Source: an uncultured delta proteobacterium (lineage in GTDB: Bacteria; Myxococcota_A; Polyangia; Polyangiales; B10-G4). From it: DNA of 64,000 nucleotides. Positions within the stretch are counted from its first letter, which is position 1, and the number at the start of each line of letters is the position of its first letter. Location of the stretch: positions 480,001-544,000 of the forward strand of contig CAVSGI010000021.1 in the NCBI GenBank assembly GCA_963727445.1, in the 5' to 3' direction. A model generated the notes under the pieces. It was not told where the DNA came from. It saw only the letters and a program-made list of their open reading frames with translations, and did no database searches. The position numbers were made by a program, and so were the translations under genes. Positions 30,304 through 39,085 of the stretch are shown piece by piece.

Positions 30304-31941
30304 TTGCCCCGGATCGCTCTCACGCTCTGTGTCGCGCTCCTCGCCGGCTGTGGCCGAGTGGGCTTCCCCTCGCTCCAGGATGCCGCGATTGCGGACGCCG
30401 CGAGTGACGCGGATGCGGCCGATGATGGGGCGATCCCCGATGCCACGGTGCCCGACGCGAGGGCGGACACCGGCCTCCCCGCCGATGCGATCTACCTCGG
30501 TCCCAGTGGTGACGACACGGCCGCGGGCACCCTCGACGCGCCGTACCGCACCTTTTCGAAAGCGCTCTCCGTCGCGAGGCCGGGCGCGACCGTGGTGGCG
30601 CTTTCCGGCACGTACGCCCAGTCGACAGGCACCGGGCTGCTCGACGCCGACTGCACAGCGGCGAGCGTGGCCTGCGAGGGAGCGCCGTGCGTGGATGGAA
30701 CGCCGTCGGCGCCCATCGTCGTCCGAGCACTGGTCGATCAGGGCGCGACACTTCGGGCGGAAGCGGGGGACACCTCGAACCCCGTGCGGCTCGCGGAGTG
30801 CGACTACTACCACGTCGAGGGGTTCACCATCCTCGGGCTGGACGATGCCGAAAACCCCTGGGCCAACGTGCAGGCCGGCAACGTCGAAGGGTTCGTGCTC
30901 CGCCGCTCCCTCGTGGCGCGCTCGAACCGCTTCAACAACAGTCACCTCGTCGAGATCTTCGGTGGCAGCGATATCCTCGTCGAAGACAACGAGCTCTACG
31001 ACTTCCATCGCACCGCCGTGCTGGCCTACCAGGCGAGGCGCGTGACCGTTCGGCGGAACTACGCCAACGCGCGCAGCTACGCCGATCTCGGCGGAGGCTT
31101 CGTGAGCACCTACCCCGAAAGCGGCGACGAGGCCTTCTCCTGTGCCCACAGCAGTGAGTGTCTCTTCGAGAACGACGTCTCTGACGGCGACCAGAACAAG
31201 GGCTTCGGGATGACGACGGGCCTTCCCGTCCTCGACGGCCTGGGGGGCGCTGGAGATGACGCGCGCTTCCTCGGCGATCTCGTGGTCGGCGCGAACTACG
31301 GCCTGATCGGCGGGAGCAGCTGTGCGGGGATGGCCGCGTGCGCGACGATGGACGAGCGGGTGATCGATGGCCTCACGATCGCCGACTTCGTGGCGATCGA
31401 CACCACCTCTCACGGGATCTTCGTGCGCGGTGCGCGCGGGGTGAGCGTCGACAGCGTGACGTTGCTGCGCTCGAGCTTCCGGGTCGACGTAGTTGCCGAG
31501 AACGTCAGCCTGCCTTGCACCCTCAGCGTCTTCGGGCTCCTGGTCTCGACGGGCTCGGACACCACTGGCGTGACCATCCTCGATCAAGCGTCATACACCC
31601 TCGACTTCAGCAACAGCTTCGGGACCGGGACGGGATTCGACACCGGCGCCGATCTGTCGGGCTTCGGGATGTTCAACACCGAGATCGACCCGATGCTCGG
31701 TGGATGTGTGCATCGCATCCCTCGGACCTCTCCCATGTCCGGTGCGGGCGTTTGCGGCAACGACATCGGCGCGCGCCTGGTGTTCCGTTACGTCGATGGT
31801 GTTCAGACGGTCGACAGCCTCTGGCAGGCCGACGGGTCCTTTCCGTGTCGTACCATCGTCCCCGGCATCAACGACGGACCGAACGATTGCCGAACGCTCC
31901 ACACCCGGTTGGGCATCGGCACCACCTGCACGGTGCAGTGA
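30304..31941 (+). CDS. Lipoprotein with right-handed beta-helix (pectin-lyase-like fold)
   Basis: Lipobox LAG-C GRVGF; 'GDDTAAGTLDAPYRT..KAL...PGATV...GTY' is a typical beta-helix N-cap. Confidence 0.75.
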   Translation: MPRIALTLCVALLAGCGRVGFPSLQDAAIADAASDADAADDGAIPDATVPDARADTGLPADAIYLGPSGDDTAAGTLDAPYRTFSKALSVARPGATVVALSGTYAQSTGTGLLDADCTAASVACEGAPCVDGTPSAPIVVRALVDQGATLRAEAGDTSNPVRLAECDYYHVEGFTILGLDDAENPWANVQAGNVEGFVLRRSLVARSNRFNNSHLVEIFGGSDILVEDNELYDFHRTAVLAYQARRVTVRRNYANARSYADLGGGFVSTYPESGDEAFSCAHSSECLFENDVSDGDQNKGFGMTTGLPVLDGLGGAGDDARFLGDLVVGANYGLIGGSSCAGMAACATMDERVIDGLTIADFVAIDTTSHGIFVRGARGVSVDSVTLLRSSFRVDVVAENVSLPCTLSVFGLLVSTGSDTTGVTILDQASYTLDFSNSFGTGTGFDTGADLSGFGMFNTEIDPMLGGCVHRIPRTSPMSGAGVCGNDIGARLVFRYVDGVQTVDSLWQADGSFPCRTIVPGINDGPNDCRTLHTRLGIGTTCTVQ

Positions 31942-31964
31942 TCCCGGCCCTTTAAAGGGGACCG

Positions 31965-31994
31965 CCGGTGGGTGCCTCCTCGAAGCACCCCCGG
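31965..31994. terminator. Possible hairpin between convergent genes
   Basis: ccggtgggtgc...gcacccccgg imperfect stem. Confidence 0.35.
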
Positions 31995-32028
31995 CTGCGT
32001 CGCCAAAATCGTCTACGGCGCGAGCGCC

Positions 32029-33348
32029 TCAGCGCTTCCGTCGCCTCCGGAGGAGCGCGACTCCGAAGAGTCCGAGCATCAAGCCCGTGAGGGGATGGCT
32101 CTGGCCGTCGGGGATGGTGCGGCAGCCGCAGCCACCCTGGACATCCGTCGCGGCGGGGCCGGGGACGTCCTCCGGCTCCGGCTGCGGTGGCGGATCGGTG
32201 GGGGGCATGCCCAGGTCGACGCAGGTGCCGAGGTGGCAACCCATGAACTCGCCACAGTCGACGTTCTCGTCGACCGCGCCGTCGCAGTCTTCGTCCCGGC
32301 CGTCGCAGGTCTCGGCATCGGCGGGGAGGACTTCGCCTTCGCAGGCGCCGAAGCGGCCGTCCACACAGGTCTGGACGCCGGGCGCGCACGCCCCGACGTC
32401 CCAACCGCAGGCGCGGGTCTCGCCCTCGCGGCAGTCGCACTCGGCGTCGACGATGCCGTCGCAGTCGTTGTCCAGGCCGTCGCAGACGTCGGTGGCGCCC
32501 GGGTGGGTCGAGGCGTCGGAGTCGTCGCAGTCACCGTCACAGGTGCGCACGCCGTCGCCGTCGACGTCGTAGCCCTCGTCGATCAACCCGTCGCAGTCGT
32601 TGTCGAGTTCGTCGCAGACCTCGTCCGTGATGTCGCGGGCGATGGTGTTCAGGATGTCGCGCAGCGCGCCGAGATCGTTCGCCTGCATGTAGCAGTGGTT
32701 GAGGGCCATCGGATCCTCGAGCGTGGGATCGCAACCCGGAAGCGCCGTGCCAGCGGCGACCGCGGCGCGGTTGAGGGTCAGCGAGTCGACCGCGGCGCCG
32801 AAGCCGACGACGTGCACCGTCACGCCTGCCGAGCGCAGGTCCTCGACGGCGTTGACGGGCGTGAAGCGGGTTGCCGGATCGTAGGGGCTGCACCACTGCC
32901 AGCCGTCCGTGATGACCACCACGTGGTTGTCGCGGCGCGTGTCGAGCATCGGGGCGTAGCCGAGGATCTCGTCGAGGGTCTGGGCCATGGGCGTGAAGTT
33001 GCCCGCGTCGGGGGGCGGATTTCCGAGGGCCGCCAGGATGGTCGACGAGGAGTTCGAGCCCACGTCGAGCGAGATGCGTCCGGGCTCGCAGCGATCCGGG
33101 AAGGGGAAGGGCTGAAGCCCGAAGTCGATGACCGAGTCGTAGGCGGAGGTCATCTCGCCGATCGCCATGCGCGCGGCTTCCCACTTGTTGGTGCCGCCGG
33201 GCAACGCGCCCAGCATCGAAGAGGACTTGTCGACGGTCAGGAGCACCTGCGGGGCTTCGCAGCGCGGCTGGGCCAGCGCTGAAGACGCGCTCGACGTGGC
33301 CGCGAGGGCGACGGCGAAGAGTGTGATGAGGTTCAGGGGGGAACGCAT
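32029..33348 (-). CDS. VWA domain protein with MopE-like repeats and MYXO-CTERM
   Basis: MIDAS 'DKSSS', 'ITDG'; 'CDGLDNDCDG' repeats; C-terminal 'GGCGC...hydrophobic...RRRRKR'. Confidence 0.88.
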   Translation of the reverse strand: MRSPLNLITLFAVALAATSSASSALAQPRCEAPQVLLTVDKSSSMLGALPGGTNKWEAARMAIGEMTSAYDSVIDFGLQPFPFPDRCEPGRISLDVGSNSSSTILAALGNPPPDAGNFTPMAQTLDEILGYAPMLDTRRDNHVVVITDGWQWCSPYDPATRFTPVNAVEDLRSAGVTVHVVGFGAAVDSLTLNRAAVAAGTALPGCDPTLEDPMALNHCYMQANDLGALRDILNTIARDITDEVCDELDNDCDGLIDEGYDVDGDGVRTCDGDCDDSDASTHPGATDVCDGLDNDCDGIVDAECDCREGETRACGWDVGACAPGVQTCVDGRFGACEGEVLPADAETCDGRDEDCDGAVDENVDCGEFMGCHLGTCVDLGMPPTDPPPQPEPEDVPGPAATDVQGGCGCRTIPDGQSHPLTGLMLGLFGVALLRRRRKR

Positions 33349-33360
33349 GCCGGGACCTTC

Positions 33361-33376
33361 TGCACTGGCCGTACCA
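33361..33376 (-). promoter_or_regulatory. Putative sigma54 -24/-12 promoter
   Basis: Minus strand TGGTACGGCCAGTGCA, 13 nt before ATG 33348. Confidence 0.6.
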
Positions 33377-33549
33377 GCCATCACGCCACCGGGCAGGCTC
33401 GCAACCTCCCGAGATCATGGAGATGTCTGGGGCGTGAGAAATCGCTCAGATCGGCTTCTCGAGTTTCCAGAGCTGGGGACAAGAGCCACCAATGAAAGCG
33501 TGGCTGCGGGAAATTGACGGGTCCCGGGGCCGCATGGCACCAGGGAGAG

Positions 33550-34806
33550 GTGAGGGCGAGACGACGGCGATGGGTGGTGACGCTCGTCGGCCTCGCGGCG
33601 GTGATGCTCTGCTCCGCCGCGAACGCCGAGGACGCGCCCTGGCGCGCCCGCCGCATCCGCGGCGTCCGAGCCAATCGCATGGCGGCCGCGCGCGTCACGC
33701 CGAGCGACTGGCCGACCGAGCCCGAGAGCCCCGCCGAGGTGGATCCCAACCGTCTCGCGCGCGCGCTCCACGAGATCTGCGGATGGATGCCGCCGGGTCG
33801 ACCGCTCCGCTACGCGGACTGGATGCTGCGCTACGGCGCAGAGCACGACGTCGATCCCTTCCTCCTCGGCGCGCTCATCTACCGGCGGACCGAAGGGAGC
33901 TGCCGGCCCGATAGCGAGGGCGAGCACGGTGAGTTGGGGCTCACGCAGATCCGCCGCGAGCTCTACGCCGACACCTTTCGTCGCGGCGTCTACAGCTACC
34001 AGATCCGTGAGAGCGGGCGCTGGGTCACCCGCGAAAAGCGCCTCGATCGCTTCCCCTTCGCCGGACCGCGCCTGGCGCGGGCCGAGGAGAACATCTACTT
34101 CGCGGCGGCGCTCCTCGCGGCCTGGCGCGATCAGCACGACTCGGTGGACAGCGGCTTCGACCAGGTCCCGCATCGTCACTTCGTCTCACACTTCGTGTGG
34201 GGCGATCGCGTCCAGAGCGACCGGCAGGAGGACGAGATCCTGACCGACCGGCGCCGCCTCCTCTATTACTACGGTGCGATCGCGGCGCCGGCGCCGATCC
34301 GGCGCTTCGGGCTCGCGCTGGGGGCGCCCCTCGACGGCGCGCCGCGTGTCGTCTCGAGCTTCATCGGCGCCGATCGCGACGACGGCAGCCGGGCCCATCG
34401 CGGGGTGGACGTGGAATCGCTGCCGGGGGAGCCGGTGCGGGCCGTCGCGGACGGTCGGGTGAGCTTCGCCGGTGTCGATCTCCCCGGCCACCAGGCGCAT
34501 CAGAACGTGGCGAAGGATGGGTACGACGCCTATCCGCGCGACAGCCTGGGCGCGGGGGGCCGTTACGTCTGCATCCGCCACTCCCTCGAGGGCGACGACC
34601 TCCGCACCTGTTACATGCACATGGAAGAGGTGCTCGTGGAGTACGGGCAACAGATCACCCGCGGCGAGCAGATCGGCACCGTCGGGCGCACTGGCATGCA
34701 GCGCTCGGCCGCGCACCTGCACCTCGAGATGCACCAGGGCACCGAGCTCCTCGACGCCTCTCAGATCCTTCGCGGCATTCTCATCGGTGAGCCGGTCCCC
34801 GAGTGA
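33550..34806 (+). CDS. M23 peptidase with N-terminal transglycosylase(SLT)-like region
   Basis: 'HDVDPFLLGALI...GELGLTQI' SLT-like; HRGVD and HLHLE M23 motifs. Start uncertain (33514 or 33550). Confidence 0.8.
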   Translation: MRARRRRWVVTLVGLAAVMLCSAANAEDAPWRARRIRGVRANRMAAARVTPSDWPTEPESPAEVDPNRLARALHEICGWMPPGRPLRYADWMLRYGAEHDVDPFLLGALIYRRTEGSCRPDSEGEHGELGLTQIRRELYADTFRRGVYSYQIRESGRWVTREKRLDRFPFAGPRLARAEENIYFAAALLAAWRDQHDSVDSGFDQVPHRHFVSHFVWGDRVQSDRQEDEILTDRRRLLYYYGAIAAPAPIRRFGLALGAPLDGAPRVVSSFIGADRDDGSRAHRGVDVESLPGEPVRAVADGRVSFAGVDLPGHQAHQNVAKDGYDAYPRDSLGAGGRYVCIRHSLEGDDLRTCYMHMEEVLVEYGQQITRGEQIGTVGRTGMQRSAAHLHLEMHQGTELLDASQILRGILIGEPVPE

Positions 34807-34809
34807 CCC

Positions 34810-35815
34810 TCACTCGCCGTCGCGGAGCGGACGGGTGAGGGCGACGCCCCGATAGGGAGGCGCGGGGGAGGCGAGGCTGCCGCCCACGGTGATCAGCGGC
34901 CCGCCACCGACCGAGTAGATCGCGTGAAGGTCCAGCGACGTGTCGGTGTAGATCTCCTCGTACTCGAAGGTCGCGACGTCGAGCACGGCGGTGGTGCCGC
35001 GGAGGCCCACGACGTGAGCCTTGCCGTCGTTGCGCATCCAGATCCCGTTGAGTCCGAGGAGGGGCGCGAGTGACTGCGAGCGCCAGGAGGAACCGTCCCA
35101 GGCTGCGACGACGCCGTTGCCCCGGCCGCCGACCGCGACGATGTCGTTCGGACCCGTGCCCCAGAGCGAGATCAGAATCCTGATCGACACCGACGAGATG
35201 CTCGACCAGGGCGCTGCCGTCCCAGTGCAGCACCGCACCTCGCTGGCCGACCATCCACACGTCGCTCGACGAGGTCCCCCACACCTTGAACCAGGCCCAG
35301 ACCCGCGGCCGCTCGAGGGTGGGCATCTCCATCTGGGTCCAGGCGCTTCCATCGTAGTGGATGATGGTGGCCTGCCCGTCCTCCATGCCGTTGCCGCCGA
35401 CGGACCAGATGTCGTCCGGGCTGGCGCCCCAGATGCCCCAGAGGTTCTTGTCGACGCCGCTGTCGATCGCGCTCCAACGGCTCCCGTCGAAGTGCAGCAC
35501 CGTGCCCGCGTTGCCGACGGTGAAGATGTCATCCGGCCCGAAGGCGTGGACCCAGTTGAGGAGCGGTGTGCCCGCGGGGAGGGTGACCGGCGACCAATTG
35601 GTGCCGTCGAAGTGCATCATCGCGCCGTCGCCGTCGAGAGCGCCACCGACGGCGTAGAGATCGTCGGGTGCGGGGCCGCCCACGTTGAGGAGCCAGCCGA
35701 CGCTCTCGGCGTCGAAGGCGGGGGTCCACGTCGGTGGATCCGGATCCGATGGACACCCGGTGAGGCAGAGGAGCGTGGCGACGGCGGCGGCAGCCCGGAG
35801 AGGAAGCGAGGCCAT
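34810..35815 (-). CDS. Beta-propeller lipoprotein ('WG..DxWxVG..G.ILHxDG..W' repeats), +1 frameshift at about 35176
   Basis: Lipobox LTG-C; repeats continue from ORF 34781..35872 into ORF 34810..35532 at 'VDQD|LISLWGTG'. Confidence 0.8.
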
Positions 35816-35910
35816 GTGGGTGGATCGTAATCGATTTTCGCTGCGGGTCGCGTGACCGAGATCAAAGCGCAAAGGATGCGCTCCAGCGTCTGGTGTATAC
35901 CTGAACCCTC

Positions 35911-36888
35911 GTGCGCGCGCGTGTCGCAGCGTCCTTCTTCTCCGTTGTCGCGTCCCTCGCGGCCTGTCAGCCCGATCTCGGGCCCTGCGATCAGGACGCG
36001 GCGATCCAGGTGGCCTTCGCCAACGCGGGGCCCTTCGCGGGGCGCCCCGCTTTCGCCGGGCAGGCGCTGGTCACCGCCTCCTGCGGCAACGGGCGCTTCT
36101 GTCATGCGGCGAGCGCCGAGGGCGTGCAGCGCTTCGGCACGCCGGCGAGCCTGGACTTCGACGTGAGCATCCCCTGCGCGGATCTGGTCGGGTGCGACGA
36201 GCGCGCGATCGAGCGCCTCCGCGAAAACCAGCTGCGGATCCTCGATCACGCGGGCTCGATCGCGTCGGACGTGCGCGACGGAAGGATGCCGCCGGGGCAG
36301 CGGGGCGGCGAGGTGGTCGATCTCGGCGGCTACCGACTGGGGCCGGAGGCCGGGTCGCCCGCGCTGCCGGTGATTGGGAGCCCCGAGGGTGTCGCCATCC
36401 TCGAGAACTGGCTCGCCTGCGGTGCGCCGGTCGTCGAGGCGACCACGGCGCCCACCGTCGACAACCCGCCTGGCGTCTCCTGTGGGCGCGGGCCCGGCGC
36501 CGTGGGCGAGTGCATCGTGCGCACCGACCTCACGCTGCCCGATCCGACCTGGGCGTCGATCTTCGAAGACGTCATCGAGCCGGCCTGCGGCCGAAGCTGT
36601 CACGGTCCGAGCGGCGTCGACCAGCGCGAGGAGAGCGCCCTCGACCTTTCCGCCATGGACGTGGCCTACGACGCACTGGTGAACGCGCCCGTGGCGGGGC
36701 TCGCCTGTGCCACGACCTCCGCGGCGCGCGTCCGCGTCGCGCCCGGCGATCCGGATCATTCGCTCCTCATGCAGAAGCTCGAGAGCCCGAGCCCCTGCGG
36801 CGATCCCATGCCCAGCCGAACGGATCTGCTGCCGGCGGAGATGCGCGACGTGATCCGCGCGTGGATCGAAGACGGCGCGCAGCCGTGA
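35911..36888 (+). CDS. Cytochrome c-like lipoprotein with non-canonical haem motifs
   Basis: Lipobox LAA-C; CGNGRFCH...MPP and CGRSCH...'PGDPDHSLLMQKL'...MP...'IRAWIEDGA'. Confidence 0.75.
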   Translation: MRARVAASFFSVVASLAACQPDLGPCDQDAAIQVAFANAGPFAGRPAFAGQALVTASCGNGRFCHAASAEGVQRFGTPASLDFDVSIPCADLVGCDERAIERLRENQLRILDHAGSIASDVRDGRMPPGQRGGEVVDLGGYRLGPEAGSPALPVIGSPEGVAILENWLACGAPVVEATTAPTVDNPPGVSCGRGPGAVGECIVRTDLTLPDPTWASIFEDVIEPACGRSCHGPSGVDQREESALDLSAMDVAYDALVNAPVAGLACATTSAARVRVAPGDPDHSLLMQKLESPSPCGDPMPSRTDLLPAEMRDVIRAWIEDGAQP

Positions 36889-37707
36889 TCACGGCGTCCT
36901 GATCGCGCGAAGCTGGCCTTCGTCCAGGGCGGGACGGCATTCGTGAGGGTAGGCCGCCATGAGGTTGTTCGGCTCATCGGTGTGCGAAAGCCCGAGCGCG
37001 TGGCCCATCTCGTGGGCGAGGGTGAAGTCGCTGACCAGGTCCTCGGCGGACAGGAAGATGGTGGGCGTGAAGTCCGAGACGCCGAGGAGCTCGCGGAAGC
37101 GGGGCTCGTCTTCGTCCTGTGCCGTGAAGGTGAGCCCGGCGACGTCGCGATTCATGCGCCGCACGAGGGACCGCAGCGGCGCGATGCGGGAGACGAAGAC
37201 GACGTGCACCGCGTGGCGGCGGGGTACGCTCCACTTCTGGCACAAGGCGAGCGCAGGGGCGAAGAGCGCGCGCCACAGCGCGCGACGCCCCTCGCTGCCC
37301 TCCGCGGGCTCTTCCGTCTCCTGCTCCGGAAGGAGCGCGGTCGTGGCTTCGCGGGTGGGGATGGCGCGAGGCTCGGCGTCCAAGGTGAAGGTGATGCCGT
37401 AGGGGGCGTAGGTGTCGCGGAGCCCGCCGAGCTGGCGGCGGACGAGGGTGTCGTTCACGTCCGGGCCGACGAAGGCCGAGACACCGATCTCGTGCGGCGT
37501 CGCGTGGGCCGCCTGCCCGACCTCGTCGCACGGCCCCGCCTCGGGGGCAGGGCTCGCCGTGAGCCACGCCCGCGTCGCTTCGGCGTCGGCGTGGTAGGGC
37601 CCGATCCGCGGCTCGGCGCTCAGCGCCACGAAGCCCACCACCGCGACCGTGAGCGCCACCGCCCCGATCACGACGCCGGCGCGCGCGCGCTGTCGCGGGC
37701 TACTCAC
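36889..37707 (-). CDS. Matrixin-like zinc metalloprotease
   Basis: HEMGHALGLSH plus Met-turn 'NLM'; N-terminal TM; GTG overlaps the upstream stop. Confidence 0.8.
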   Translation of the reverse strand: MSSPRQRARAGVVIGAVALTVAVVGFVALSAEPRIGPYHADAEATRAWLTASPAPEAGPCDEVGQAAHATPHEIGVSAFVGPDVNDTLVRRQLGGLRDTYAPYGITFTLDAEPRAIPTREATTALLPEQETEEPAEGSEGRRALWRALFAPALALCQKWSVPRRHAVHVVFVSRIAPLRSLVRRMNRDVAGLTFTAQDEDEPRFRELLGVSDFTPTIFLSAEDLVSDFTLAHEMGHALGLSHTDEPNNLMAAYPHECRPALDEGQLRAIRTP

Positions 37708-39085
37708 CGTCGACTGGGACCGAGGTGCTCGCCGTCGCGATGTCGTGGATGACGACGTCATCCAGGTGCTCCTCGAGACCGAGCAGACGCAAGAGATAAG
37801 GCGGGTGCGTTCGGAATCGAAGGCGCGCCTCGACCTCGATCGGGCCGACGACTGTCTCGTCGGTGGGCACGAAGAGGGTGAAGGTCCGCGCGAGGCGCGC
37901 GGGGATCGAGCGCAGCACGTGCTCCTCCGCTCGCCACGAGAGGACCACCGGCTGACCGTCGCCGTCGAGGAGCGTCGAGTGGAACGCGATCAGGTCTTCG
38001 TCGCCGTAGGGGTCGAGCTCGCTGAACTGATCGCGAAGGTCGCCGTTGTCATCCAGGGTGCCCGTCTCGTAGAGCACGCGACCGGTCGCGTCGGTGGCGC
38101 GGAGCTCGACCCAGAGCTGGCGGATGAAGGTCGAGCCCGTGGGCAGGTTGTGACCGTCGATCAGGTTGGTCACGGTGACCAGGACGTCGAGATCGTCGCC
38201 GAGGACCAGAGGATTCGCCGGGGCGACCTCGAGGCGGGCTGCGGTGCCGAGGAGCTCTTCGACGTCGGCGGCGATGCGCGTCATCTCCTCATCGGTGGCG
38301 AACCCCTCGGTGAGGGGGATGTCGACGCCGACGAAGGTGTGCTCGTGCAGGGTGCGCGTCGGCGCCCCCGGCGCGGCCCGCCCCCGGTAGCTCTTCATGT
38401 GGCAGTCCTGGCAGGTGGTGCCTTCGGCGGGCGCTGGCGACTCGAGCCACTCGTCGTAGGGGCGCTCGAGCTCGACGCCGTTCACCTCGATCACGTCGTG
38501 GCAGCCAGCGCAGAACTCCGGGCTGCCGTGGAGCTCGGAGAAGGCAGCCTCGTGTGCGGCGGAGTCAATCGGCGAGCCGATGGTGGCGCGCACGGGGCCG
38601 GTGGGGTCGAGGATGTGCCCGCTGTTGTCCGCGCGCCTGAGGCCCGAGACCTTGTGACAGGACTCGCAGGTCACACCCTCGAGCGTGATGGGGGACAGAT
38701 CCGAGAAGGAGAAGCCGTCCACGATCTCGCCGCCGCGGGTGCCGATGGCGGTGTGGCACTGAGTGCAGAACTCGTCCTGAGCGCCGTCGAAGTCCGCCTG
38801 CCTCAGGGCGACGAGCTCGCGATAGACGGGGTCGATCATCGCGTAGGCGTGCATCGAGGACTTCCAGCCGTCGTAGTAGCGCGCGTGGCAGTCGGCGCAG
38901 GCGATGGCGCTCTCGAAGTCGTCCACCGAGAGCGTGGGGGCTGCGGGCATCGAGAGCGGATCGTGAAACCCCGGGGGCTGGTCGATGGGATCGGGCGTGA
39001 CTGGACCGGCCGGGGGGATCGGGTCCCTCTTGCAGGCGCTCAGGGTGAACAGGAGCGTGAACGCGAACGCTCGGCCGAGTCGCAT
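37700..39085 (-). CDS. Pentahaem c-type cytochrome lipoprotein (c554-like)
   Basis: Five CxxCH (CADCH, CTQCH, CESCH, CAGCH, CQDCH); 'W..S.HA'; 'GHNLPTG'. Confidence 0.88.
   Translation of the reverse strand: MRLGRAFAFTLLFTLSACKRDPIPPAGPVTPDPIDQPPGFHDPLSMPAAPTLSVDDFESAIACADCHARYYDGWKSSMHAYAMIDPVYRELVALRQADFDGAQDEFCTQCHTAIGTRGGEIVDGFSFSDLSPITLEGVTCESCHKVSGLRRADNSGHILDPTGPVRATIGSPIDSAAHEAAFSELHGSPEFCAGCHDVIEVNGVELERPYDEWLESPAPAEGTTCQDCHMKSYRGRAAPGAPTRTLHEHTFVGVDIPLTEGFATDEEMTRIAADVEELLGTAARLEVAPANPLVLGDDLDVLVTVTNLIDGHNLPTGSTFIRQLWVELRATDATGRVLYETGTLDDNGDLRDQFSELDPYGDEDLIAFHSTLLDGDGQPVVLSWRAEEHVLRSIPARLARTFTLFVPTDETVVGPIEVEARLRFRTHPPYLLRLLGLEEHLDDVVIHDIATASTSVPVDGE

Noticed and set aside
34810..35815. 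True pseudogenes for the six frameshifted genes
   Set aside because: Each has a single indel at a homopolymer or GATC-like site with no other decay, so sequencing error is more parsimonious. They are listed as CDS.
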